Below are positions 51,890 through 64,000 of a stretch of DNA of 64,000 bases, piece after piece. Under the pieces are notes generated by a model, which searched no databases, was not told the origin of the DNA, and saw only the letters and a program-made list of their open reading frames with translations. The position numbers and the translations under genes were made by a program. The DNA is from Saprolegnia diclina VS20 (taxonomy: Eukaryota), in NCBI RefSeq assembly GCF_000281045.1, contig NW_008246068.1:1697029-1761028 (forward strand). The letters run 5' to 3'. How positions within the stretch are numbered: position 1 is the first letter of the stretch; each line of letters opens with the position of its first letter.

Positions 51890-52216
51890 ACAACCCACAT
51901 ACCAGAACGTAAGAACTTAACCCCCAATATAGAAATAGACCACCAAGCCCTCTTTTTATGGCCACGGCAGTGCTTGTTAATACTGCTCAACTCCTTTGAG
52001 CGTTTATATCGCACTGAGATTTACGCCCAAGTCGTGCGCTTGGAACCCGAGCGACGGATGTCGTGTGTATGACGACTGTAGTCAGCAAGCAGATGCAGAA
52101 GACCCCTCACGATTCCCGTCCTGGCGAGTTCGGCCATGATCTTGGTGGTATCCGGATTTCTTGAGTATCCGGATTTCCATGTTGACGGATCTTGGTTAGT
52201 TTCCGATCTGGTTGCA

Positions 52217-53626
52217 ATGTGGCGGAAACTACAAAATTTGCATCTTCGGCGCGGCCCCCGGACGACGACGATGATGACGACGACGCGGAAGAGCAGCAGC
52301 ATCACGCTCGAGTCGACGCACATGTCCTTCGCCGACATCATCGTAGGCGTCGCCTCATGCATGGCCACATGCGAATGCATCATTTCCTAGGGCGAAGAGA
52401 GCCTGCGCGGCCAGTGGCTCAGCCAAGGCCCTGTGCTCGAGCGCATGGACGTCGTCGGCGCCGCCGTCGCCGCCAAGTACGCCCATCCTTCTACGATCAA
52501 TGTGCGCATCACGGACGTCTAGGGTCGCCAACGGCCCCGTCGCGACCGTGAGCTTTGACCAAGTCGATTCGCACAAGCCCGTGTTCCATGGCGACCTCTT
52601 CCGCCTCGAGGGCCGCGTCTTGAGCACGAGCAACTCGTCGACGGCCGTGCAGCTCACGGGGTACCGCGAAGAGATGCTGACGGGCAAGGTCACGCACACG
52701 CACGACGCGATCATCACGTTTGTGGCCATTGACGCCAAGGGCCGGCCGCGCCCGGGGCTCCCGGCGCTCACGTCGTCGTCGCAGCCCGACCTCGTCGCGT
52801 TTCTGTACGTCGTCGTCTGCCTCTATGCCATATATTCATGCGGTATGGATATTGTAGGGCGGAGAAGGCGGTGCATCGCAAGGAGCTCGCGAGTACGTGG
52901 CGGACGTACCAGGAAGACGTGGACGCGATGGCGCACATCACCGAGGACATGCTGCAGGTCTACCCCATGTCGACGTCGCGCGAGTCGTTCGTGCCGGTGA
53001 GGAACACGCTCGTCGAAGTCAAAAACTGGTTCATGCCCAAGCACCTCAACATGAACAACACGATCTTTGGCGGCGAAATTCTCCAGTGGATGGTACTCGA
53101 TTCAGGTATTTGGTATCTGGTATCGACTCAGATTCTGGTGTAGGACCGCGTCGCAGTCTTTTGCGCGCGCAAGTTTACCCAGAACGTGTCCATGGTCACC
53201 ATCTCGATGAACCGCATCTTCTTCAAGCTGCCCATCACGCCCGTCGACATTGTGAGCATGAAGTCGCGCGTTGTCATGGTCCGGTACGCGCTCGTCTCGA
53301 ATAATTGCGATGACCAGATCTGGTCTGGTAGGCGCCACACCCTCGAGGTCGAAGTCGAAGTTTTCATCGAGCGCATTGGCCAGAGCGAGAAGCGCAAGTC
53401 CCACACGGGGTACTTCACCGTCATCAACCTCGACGAAGGCCAGCACAAACTGCCGCTCAAGCGCGGCCTCGCCGTCGACGAAGCCGACCAAGAGAGCATG
53501 CGGCACCTTCTAAAGGCGCAGAAGCGCTGGGCCTTCCACGTCGACGACCACCTGCTGCACCAAGTACCGCCGCTCCCGCTCTCCCATGAGAACGCTGGCC
53601 CAACGCCGCCGCCCTCGCGCTTGTAG
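52217..53626 (+). CDS. Double hot-dog acyl-CoA thioesterase, copy 2 (C-terminal SRL)
   Basis: Tandem paralog with mostly shared intron positions; NMNNTIFGGEILQWM; ends PSRL*. Confidence 0.85.
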
Positions 53627-53947
53627 CTTCGTGTACCTACACCGCCATGATGCTGGTGCTGGCTCCTGCAATAGATACATGCCTGTTCAAGATCGTCTGC
53701 ATTTGGGTTGGGTGTTTTTATCCATATTAAATATGGCATCTGCCGCGCACCGATCGGTCGGGATGACGATGGCTGTAGCAAGGACGTGCGTGCGTTAAGT
53801 GGCGTTGAAGGGTTAACCCTTCGAAGCGCTAGCACCGGCGCCGGCGCCATCGCAGCCACGGCGTCCGTCGATGCAGTTCGACGCGAAGGACGGTAAAGGC
53901 CCATGTGCCGAATTTAAGAGGAAGCATGCCGAATATAATTATCAACC

Positions 53948-56777
<2,830 letters not shown>

Positions 56778-56882
56778 CTTCAAGAGCGCTCGCCGGCGAT
56801 CCATCTACCCTCACGGCGTCATCACACTCTAAGAAATACACTGCTCGCTCGGACTCTGTCTTGGTCGTAGCAACAGACACTC

Positions 56883-57842
56883 GTGGCAGCACCAGCGGCG
56901 TGCGATTCTAAAGAAGGTGCTCTTTTACGAATCAGGTGCTCTTTTGAGACTTATGACCCAGACCTGGTCCGTGGCATCGTGGCCTTCCAAGATGGCCTTC
57001 CGTTGCAGACGCTCGAGCTCATGCGTGTGCTCCATGGCATCGTCTTCTATGCGCCCAGCCGCCTGCAGGAGCACGTGGCAGCGATGCGCGCAGTCCTGCC
57101 AGCATGGCTCGCTCGCTATTCCCTCGACCACCTCGATGCGCTCTGGGAGACGCAGGTCCGCACACCGCTCTACTACTGCGCGTTCCTCTACGACGACGCG
57201 TCCATCTTGCGCCACCTGCATGATCGCGGCCGCTTGCTCTCTCGCTGGATGTTCTGGACACCGGCGATCCGCGTCGGCAAGATGGACGTGATCGCCTACC
57301 TCTGCAGCGTCGCCGACGCGCGCGCAGAACCGCGGCTCATGGCCACCGCCGCCGAGTGCGGCAACCTCGAGCTCGTATTGTACCTCGCGCACCAAGGCTG
57401 CGACGCCACGGACGCTCTTAATATGGCGTGCAAGCACGGTCACCTCGCGATCGCGCAGCGCCTGCATGCGCTCGGCCTCGGCGCGTGGGACCCCAAGGTC
57501 CTCGGCAGCGTCGCCTCGCGCGGGCACCTCGACGTCCTCTGCTCTCTGCACGATCACGGCTACGCGGGCTTCTCGTCGTCGACGCTCACGGCCGCGGCTG
57601 CCAATGGCCACTTGGACATCGTCCTCTTCCTCTGCCAACACCGACACGAAGCTCGTCTCGATACCGCTCTCGTGGCTGCGGCCACCAACGGGCATGTCCA
57701 CGTCGTGCGATGGCTCGATCAGCAAACAAACGCATCTGCTGTGCTGCGTGATCGTGGTTCAGGTCGCCCAGCGTGGGGGCCACCACGCGTTGGTTGCGTA
57801 CCTTACGCCAGCGGTAGTCTAGCTGCGACGCTGGCAGAGTAA
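56883..57842 (+). CDS. Saprolegniales-type ankyrin-repeat protein, possibly degenerate (no clear ATG, apparent 3' frameshift)
   Basis: DLVRGIVAFQDG N-motif; AAECGNLELV, ACKHGHL, AAANGHLDIV, AATNGHVHVV repeats. Confidence 0.7.
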   Translation: MAAPAACDSKEGALLRIRCSFETYDPDLVRGIVAFQDGLPLQTLELMRVLHGIVFYAPSRLQEHVAAMRAVLPAWLARYSLDHLDALWETQVRTPLYYCAFLYDDASILRHLHDRGRLLSRWMFWTPAIRVGKMDVIAYLCSVADARAEPRLMATAAECGNLELVLYLAHQGCDATDALNMACKHGHLAIAQRLHALGLGAWDPKVLGSVASRGHLDVLCSLHDHGYAGFSSSTLTAAAANGHLDIVLFLCQHRHEARLDTALVAAATNGHVHVVRWLDQQTNASAVLRDRGSGRPAWGPPRVGCVPYASGSLAATLAE

Positions 57843-58450
57843 GACATGACGTACTGTATGTGGTCTTGCAGCGTTCGCAGGAGTGAGCACAGACCTCATG
57901 CACGGATGGATAAGCTGTCTCTACGCCACATCCTCCAACTCGGCCCTTTGAAGATGCGACGTGTGGCCATGAGACGGTGCAAATGAGCGATCTCGATGCT
58001 GGACGACGTCAGCGATCGCGTCTGAAGCGCACGCCTGCGCCAAGTACTATCGTTGAACTCCGACTTCCTCTTATATCTCTCGTTTTGGTGCTCGCTTCGA
58101 GCCCGACGAGATGGTGTAGCATCGTTGTGGCACTTGGTCGCGTGACACACCGGGCTGCTACATTGACACTACACGACGATCCTACTCTCGGAAGCATCTG
58201 GGTACCGCGGGCGCAGCCGCCACTCGCGGCGCCACCAGCTAGCCCAAGCGCTTGCTACGCCTGCGTAGCTGTCAGCGCTAGCCGCTCGGGCGCAGCGTTG
58301 CCAGCCACGAGCGCAAGGTCGCACGTTCGACCGCCAGAAGATCTACGGAACTGTAACGATGTGCTGCGCGTTGATTGGTCCATGAATTGCGAGAATTGTA
58401 CGTGATTGGTCCGATCGCACCTGGGTAAGCTACTCGGATCCGTTGGATTC

Positions 58451-58468
58451 GCCATTTTTCCATTTTAC
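58451..58468 (+). promoter_or_regulatory. Oomycete Inr+FPR-like core promoter
   Basis: GCCATTTTTCCATTTTAC just upstream of ATG 58470; ATTGG boxes near 58374 and 58405. Confidence 0.55.
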
Positions 58469-58469
58469 G

Positions 58470-59453
58470 ATGGGCCGCGTGCTTCGCTTGGCAGACCTGC
58501 TCTGGAGCATCACGCGCTTCCAAGACGGCTGCACGCCCGACACGCTCGCGGTGCTGCGCCGCCTCCGCGCAGCGTACGCGACCAAGGACGCATGCTACTA
58601 CAACGACCCGGACGACCTCGCCGACGTCTTTGCAAGCTGGCGCAGCCGACGGGGCACCCTCGGCCTCGCCGTCCTCTGCGACAAGGGCTACGACCGCCAC
58701 CTCTTTTGTTATGCGCTGCGCATCGGCGACGTCGGCTTAGCGACGTGCGTGGCGACGACGCGCGCGATCGCGCTTGACGAGCTGCACTGGCTCCTCGCGG
58801 CCAAGTATGGGCACGTCGCGGTGCTCGACTTTCTCTACAGCCAGCGCGACGCACTGCCGCTTTTGCCGTCCTCGCTGCTGAGCGAAGCGGCGCGATGGGG
58901 TCACTTGCCGCTGGTGCGCTACCTCCACGAGAAGGGGCTGGACGCGACGCACGTCTTGTACTGCGCCGTCATGCACGGCCACGTGCACGTGGCACAGTAC
59001 GCCCATGCAGAGCGTCTCGGACAGTGGTTCCCGAGCCTTGTCACGAGCGTCGTCTCCAAGGGCGATGCTGCCATGCTTGCGTTCGTCCTCGCGCATGGCT
59101 ACGCCGGCGTGACGCCGCGCTCCGTCGTGATCGCAGCCAAGTTTGGCCACTTGGCGCTCGTGCAGATGCTGTACGCAGAGGCGGACGACACTGCGTTCGA
59201 AGAGGCGCTCTTCAAGGCCTCGTGGCACGGCCACCTGCACGTGGTCAAGTGGCTCGACACGCAGCGACTCGAGGCGGAGGTTCCGCACCGCATTCTGGAC
59301 GAAGCCAAGATGCCACTGGATGTGATGAAGTACTTTCTACTCGAGCGACGAAGCGACTCGACGCGCGCGACCGCGCTGCGCTGCCACCCCATCCACACGC
59401 CGCGCCTGACCGCCCACGAGCCCCGCGCCACAATACGCCACGTGTTCGACTAA
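58470..59453 (+). CDS. Saprolegniales-type ankyrin-repeat protein
   Basis: MGRVLRLADLLWSITRFQDG; AAKYGH, AARWGHL, AAKFGHL, ASWHGHL repeats; intronless. Confidence 0.85.
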   Translation: MGRVLRLADLLWSITRFQDGCTPDTLAVLRRLRAAYATKDACYYNDPDDLADVFASWRSRRGTLGLAVLCDKGYDRHLFCYALRIGDVGLATCVATTRAIALDELHWLLAAKYGHVAVLDFLYSQRDALPLLPSSLLSEAARWGHLPLVRYLHEKGLDATHVLYCAVMHGHVHVAQYAHAERLGQWFPSLVTSVVSKGDAAMLAFVLAHGYAGVTPRSVVIAAKFGHLALVQMLYAEADDTAFEEALFKASWHGHLHVVKWLDTQRLEAEVPHRILDEAKMPLDVMKYFLLERRSDSTRATALRCHPIHTPRLTAHEPRATIRHVFD

Positions 59454-59965
59454 CTATTAACTGATGGTCTTGTGTGTGTGGAGGTGGATCGAGGCTGTCA
59501 CGGTGGTCTGCTGTTCTGCGCAGGACGCTGGAGTCGGTGGTGCAGTCGTAGATAGCTACTAGCCGACGCCAGGGCCGAGGAGCAGTCGAACTCTGGTGTG
59601 TAGACTTGGTTCTTATCACGGTCCCACTCCCAGTATCAACCTCCTGCCAGCACATGGTATCGAGTCTGGTGGCAATTAGTATCAAGTCCTTTTACGGATA
59701 CGGTTTTATGCAGTGAGCGCCACACGGCCATGCAGCGCCGTGTCCAACGCTGCGTCGCGCCACTGCCATCAAGTATCCTCTTCCGCAACTTCCATCAAGA
59801 GACATCAACCTCTCGACCAACAAGTCTCCCTAAGTTCTTAGTCCCTTCTATCACCACCGGTCCCTTCTCTCGTGCTTTTAGTTAGTCGCCTTCAATCCAA
59901 CAACAACAATCAACTGGCAGGTACGTCACCATCACTCGCGCGTGTGGCAAGTCGAATCAACCGGC

Positions 59966-60109
59966 GGAATCTTCCAGAATCCGGATACGCGGAATCTAGA
60001 AGCTTGCGTTCGATTGGCTAAAATTCGGCGGTGCCGTGTGATTGGCCATTTTATCGACCTTTCTAGAAGCTCGCCCGACCTCCGCTACCCGAGCTCACTT
60101 TTGGATTTG
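59966..60109 (+). promoter_or_regulatory. HSP90 promoter: heat-shock elements, CCAAT boxes, Inr/FPR
   Basis: Perfect 3-unit HSE gGAAt-cTTCc-aGAAt 59966-59980; tTTCt-aGAAg 60060-60069; ATTGG near 60013 and 60041; CTCACTTTTGGATTTG near 60094. Confidence 0.8.
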
Positions 60110-60136
60110 CCTTCTCAAGACAACAGCAAGACCACC

Positions 60137-61148
60137 ATGGCGGACTCGTCGGAAACGTTTGCCTTCTCGGCCGACATCAACCAGCTCCTCTCGCTCATCA
60201 TCAACACGTTCTACTCGAACAAGGACGTGTTCCTCCGCGAACTCATCTCGAACGCGTCGGATGCGCTCGACAAGATCCGCTACCAGTCGCTCACGGACGC
60301 GTCGGTGCTCGACTCGGACAAGGACCTCGAGATCAAGGTGATCCCGGACAAGGCCAACGGCACGCTCACGCTCCAGGACTCGGGTCTCGGCATGACCAAG
60401 GCCGACCTCGTCAACAACCTCGGCACGATCGCCAAGTCGGGCACGAAGGCCTTCATGGAGGCCCTCCAGGCCGGCGCCGATATCTCGATGATCGGTCAGT
60501 TCGGTGTCGGTTTCTACTCGGCCTACCTCGTCGCCGACCGCGTCACCGTGCACTCGAAGCACAACGACGACGAGCAGCACGTGTGGGAGTCGGCCGCCGG
60601 CGGCTCGTTCACGGTCACGCGCGACTTGACCTCGGAGCCCATCCAGCGCGGTACGCGCATCGTGCTCAAGCTCAAGGAGGACATGCTCGAGTACCTCGAG
60701 GAGCGCAAGCTCAAGGACCTCGTCAAGAAGCACTCTGAGTTCATTGGCTTCCCGATCCGCCTCTACGTCGAGAAGACGACGGAGAAGGAGGTCACGGACG
60801 ACGAGGACGAGGAAGAAGAGGAGAAGGACGGCGACGACAAGCCCAAGATCGAAGAAGTCACGGACGACGACGACAAGAAGAAGAAGACCAAGAAGATCAA
60901 GGAAGTGTCGCACGAGTGGGACCACCTCAACGCGCAGAAGCCCATCTGGATGCGCAAGCCCGAGGATGTGACGCACGAGGAGTATGCTGCCTTCTACAAG
61001 TCGCTCACGAACGACTGGGAGGAGCATGCGTCGGTCAAGCACTTCTCGGTCGAGGGCCAGCTCGAGTTCAAGGCGTGCCTCTTCACGCCCAAGCGCGCGC
61101 CGTTCGACATGTTCGAGGGTGGTGCCAAGAAGAAGCTCAACAACATCA

Positions 61149-61180
<32 letters not shown>

Positions 61181-62254
61181 AACTGCGAGGACCTCATGCC
61201 CGAGTACCTCTCGTTCGTCAAGGGTGTGGTCGACTCGGAAGACTTGCCGCTTAACATCTCGCGTGAGACGCTCCAGCAGAACAAGATCCTCCGCGTTATC
61301 AAGAAGAACCTCGTCAAGAAGTGCTTGGACATGTTCAACGAGCTCGCCGAAGACGCCGAGAAGTACAAGAAGTTCTACGAGGCCTTCTCGAAGAACCTCA
61401 AGCTCGGCATCCACGAAGACTCGACCAACCGCACCAAGATTGCCAAGCTCTTGCGCTACCACTCGACCAAGTCGGGCGAGGACCTCACGTCGCTCGACGA
61501 CTACATCTCGCGCATGCCCGAGAACCAGCCCGGCATTTACTACGTGACGGGCGAGTCGAAGAAGTCGGTCGAGAACTCGCCGTTCATTGAGAAGCTCAAG
61601 AAGAAGGGCTATGAAGTCCTCTTCATGGTCGACCCCATCGACGAGTACGCTGTCCAGCAGCTCAAGGACTACGAGGGCAAGAAGCTCATCTGCGCCACGA
61701 AGGAAGGCCTCGACATGTCCGAGTCAGAGGATGAGAAGAAGTCGTTCGAGGAGGCCAAGGCCGCCACGGAGGGCCTCTGCAAGCTCATGAAGGAAGTGCT
61801 TGACGAGAAGGTCGAGAAGGTCCAGATCTCGAACCGCATTGTCGAGTCGCCTTGCGTGCTCGTCACGGGCGAGTACGGCTGGTCGGCCAACATGGAGCGC
61901 ATCATGAAGGCGCAGGCCCTCCGCGACTCGTCGACCTCGTCGTACATGTCGTCGAAGAAGACGATGGAGATCAACCCGTTGCACCCGATCATCAAGTCGC
62001 TCCGCGAGAAGGCTGATGTTGACAAGAGCGACAAGACGGTCAAGGACCTCATCTGGCTCCTCTACGATACGTCGCTCCTCACCTCGGGCTTCTCGCTCGA
62101 CGAGCCCACGACGTTTGCCAACCGCATCCACCGCCTCATCAAGCTCGGCCTCAGCATCGACGACGATGACGTTGTCGACGAGAACCTCGATGACCTCCCG
62201 CCGCTCGAGGGCGACGATGGCATGGAGGAGTCGACGATGGAGGAAGTCGACTAA
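60137..62254 (+). CDS. HSP90: Cytosolic heat shock protein 90
   Basis: [24 protein letters not shown]...MEEVD; intronless. Confidence 0.99.
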
Positions 62255-62331
62255 ATGTCTTCTCGCACATAACTTGTAATGCCAACTGCATGAACATCTT
62301 CGTACATTTATCTACGTTGCTCAGTTGAGAA

Positions 62332-64000
62332 TCAAAAGGTCTTTTCGTGCCCCGGGGCACAAAGGACAATGCAGTCGGTGCCGTGGAGCTCCTTGAAGTT
62401 GACCATGAGCCGCGGGTTGGTCGGGTCGAGCAAGCGCGCCTTTTGGATGTCGGCGGCGGCCTCGGCGTGTCGCCCGAGCGCCTTGTATGCGAAGCCGCGC
62501 CGGAAGGCCGCGTGGGCGTTGGTCGGATTCCGCTTGAGGACGTGCGAGAAGTCGTCGATGGCCTCTTCGTAGTAGCGCTCGAGCTGCAGCGCCTTGCCGC
62601 GTTCGTGGAAGTAGACGAGCTGCTCGTCTTGCGCCTAGTTGATAGTCTCTCGATACATTGATACGATTGCAGTGTCTGTGGATACCGTCGCAATCGCGTC
62701 GGTGAAGCTCTCGATCGCGTCCATGCAGCGCTCGATCGACGCGTACGCGAGGCCAATGTAATAGTGACTAAAAGTATCAAGATTGTATCAAGAGTATCCA
62801 GAGACGAGCCAGGCGGACATTTCCGAGAGGTACGAGATGCTGGGGGCGTGCGCCAGCGCCGATCGCAGCTGCACGATGGCCTCGGGGAACTGAAGCCGGT
62901 GGAAGAGGACCATGCCGGCGTGGAAGAGAAGCCGCGGGTCCGTCGGCGCGAGCTTGAGCCCGACAACCAGGTCCAGATGGGCCTTCTGGTACTCGCAGCA
63001 CTCGAGGTAGCAGATCGCGCGGTGCAGCCGGAAGCTCGGTTCGCGCTTGTTGAGCTCGACGCAGCTCTGTTCCGCCATCGCTCCCTTGAACGACGTTCGA
63101 GAAGAAGAAGGGCTCGTACCGAGAGGTCGGCGATCGCGAGCTCGTACAGCCCAAGCCCACGGTGGGCGAGTCCCCGTGCATTGTATATGCCTGGGCCGGA
63201 CGCGCCAAAGGTCAGCGCCAGCGAGAGGTCGGCGACCGCCGCGTCGAAGTGACTCAGCCGTAAATGGCTCTCGCCGCGGTGGTAGACGTGGAGTGCGTCG
63301 GGCGATGGCGCGACCGCTATCGCACTCGAGTAGTCCTACAGACCACGTCTCGCTGACTACTCTTAGTTATGATACAGTAGTAAAGCGCACCTCGATCGCG
63401 AGCTCGTGCAGTCCAATGTCTTGAAACAAGAGCGCGCGGGCGGCAAGAAAGGCCGGCTCCGTCGGCAGGTCGTGGATGGCCGCTGTGAACGTTGCGACCG
63501 CGGCCTCGTGCTGGTGGTTTTCGTGCTGCAGTAGGCCAATGTGGTACTTGGAGGCCACCTACGAATCGCAGACAGGATATTTTCACAAAAACTCGATCCA
63601 AAAAGCAAAATTTGTACGTGCGCCGGGTCAAGCTGCAGCGCCATGTCGAGAAAGTGCTGCGTCTGCTGCGGGTGCCGCTTGAGATGCATGACCATGGCTT
63701 TCCCAAAGAGATACCGCGGCGACTCGGGCACGATACTGCACGCCATGTCCATGTCGGCCAGCGCCGCTTCCAGCTGCTCGAATATGCTCATCGCACCGGT
63801 GGTCGTCGCTGGCGCCTCAGCCGTCGTGCTGTTGCTGCTGGTTTTGGGTCCATTTCTAGCTCAAATGTGAGCGTGGACGATCCTATGTGGGTGGCATTTG
63901 CTACCGGTCCTCGGACGACTCGAGCTCGGAGCGCAGAAGGAGATCGTGGGCGAGCTGGTTGGCGGTCTCTTGCGCCGAAATCTCTTCAAGGCCGACCGCG
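62332..64000 (-). CDS. TPR-repeat protein, 3' part (continues beyond window), multi-exon
   Basis: Successive TPR motifs (YFHERGKALQL..YEEAIDDFSHVL..NP.NAHAAFRRG); stop at 62332-62334. Confidence 0.8.

Noticed and set aside
51968..52077. Two hairpins with CTGAGA between them, suggesting a TPP riboswitch or H/ACA RNA
   Set aside because: Lacks the TPP P4/P5 consensus and proper H and ACA boxes; stems are only 6-7 bp. An Infernal search would be needed to revive it.
60095..61462. 455-aa antisense ORF opposite HSP90 (likewise 7390-9327 opposite UBR-A and 14133-15563 opposite UBR-B)
   Set aside because: Shadow ORFs expected from strong GC3 codon bias; no domain motifs. This resembles the disputed antisense gene once claimed opposite Achlya HSP70.

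Overview
Gene-dense, GC-rich eukaryotic DNA with many very short (about 40-55 nt) spliceosomal introns. It is inferred to be an oomycete of the Saprolegniales (Achlya/Saprolegnia-like), from the 'FQDG'-type ankyrin genes, the mastigoneme-like EGF gene, thiE and Inr/FPR-like promoters. About 34 protein genes can be reconstructed, plus a U6 snRNA gene and two assembly gaps (22848-23267, 47095-47242). CDS coordinates span first ATG to stop, introns included; exon joins were inferred by eye. No CRISPR, rRNA, tRNA or intact transposon was seen. Best leads: (1) a BED-like C2H2 domain fused to a bacterial-type (HDAH/PA3774-like) deacetylase; (2) a CPSF30 with 4 CCCH + YTH + DCD + KH domains; (3) an endosulfine with three FDSADY sites; (4) an ER-luminal G6PD (signal peptide, C-terminal HDDL) lacking a lactonase domain; (5) two recurrent non-coding motifs, TGGCA-NN-TGCCG upstream of genes and GTATCAAG in introns; (6) an inverted pair of UBR1-type N-recognins near two N-terminal acetyltransferases.
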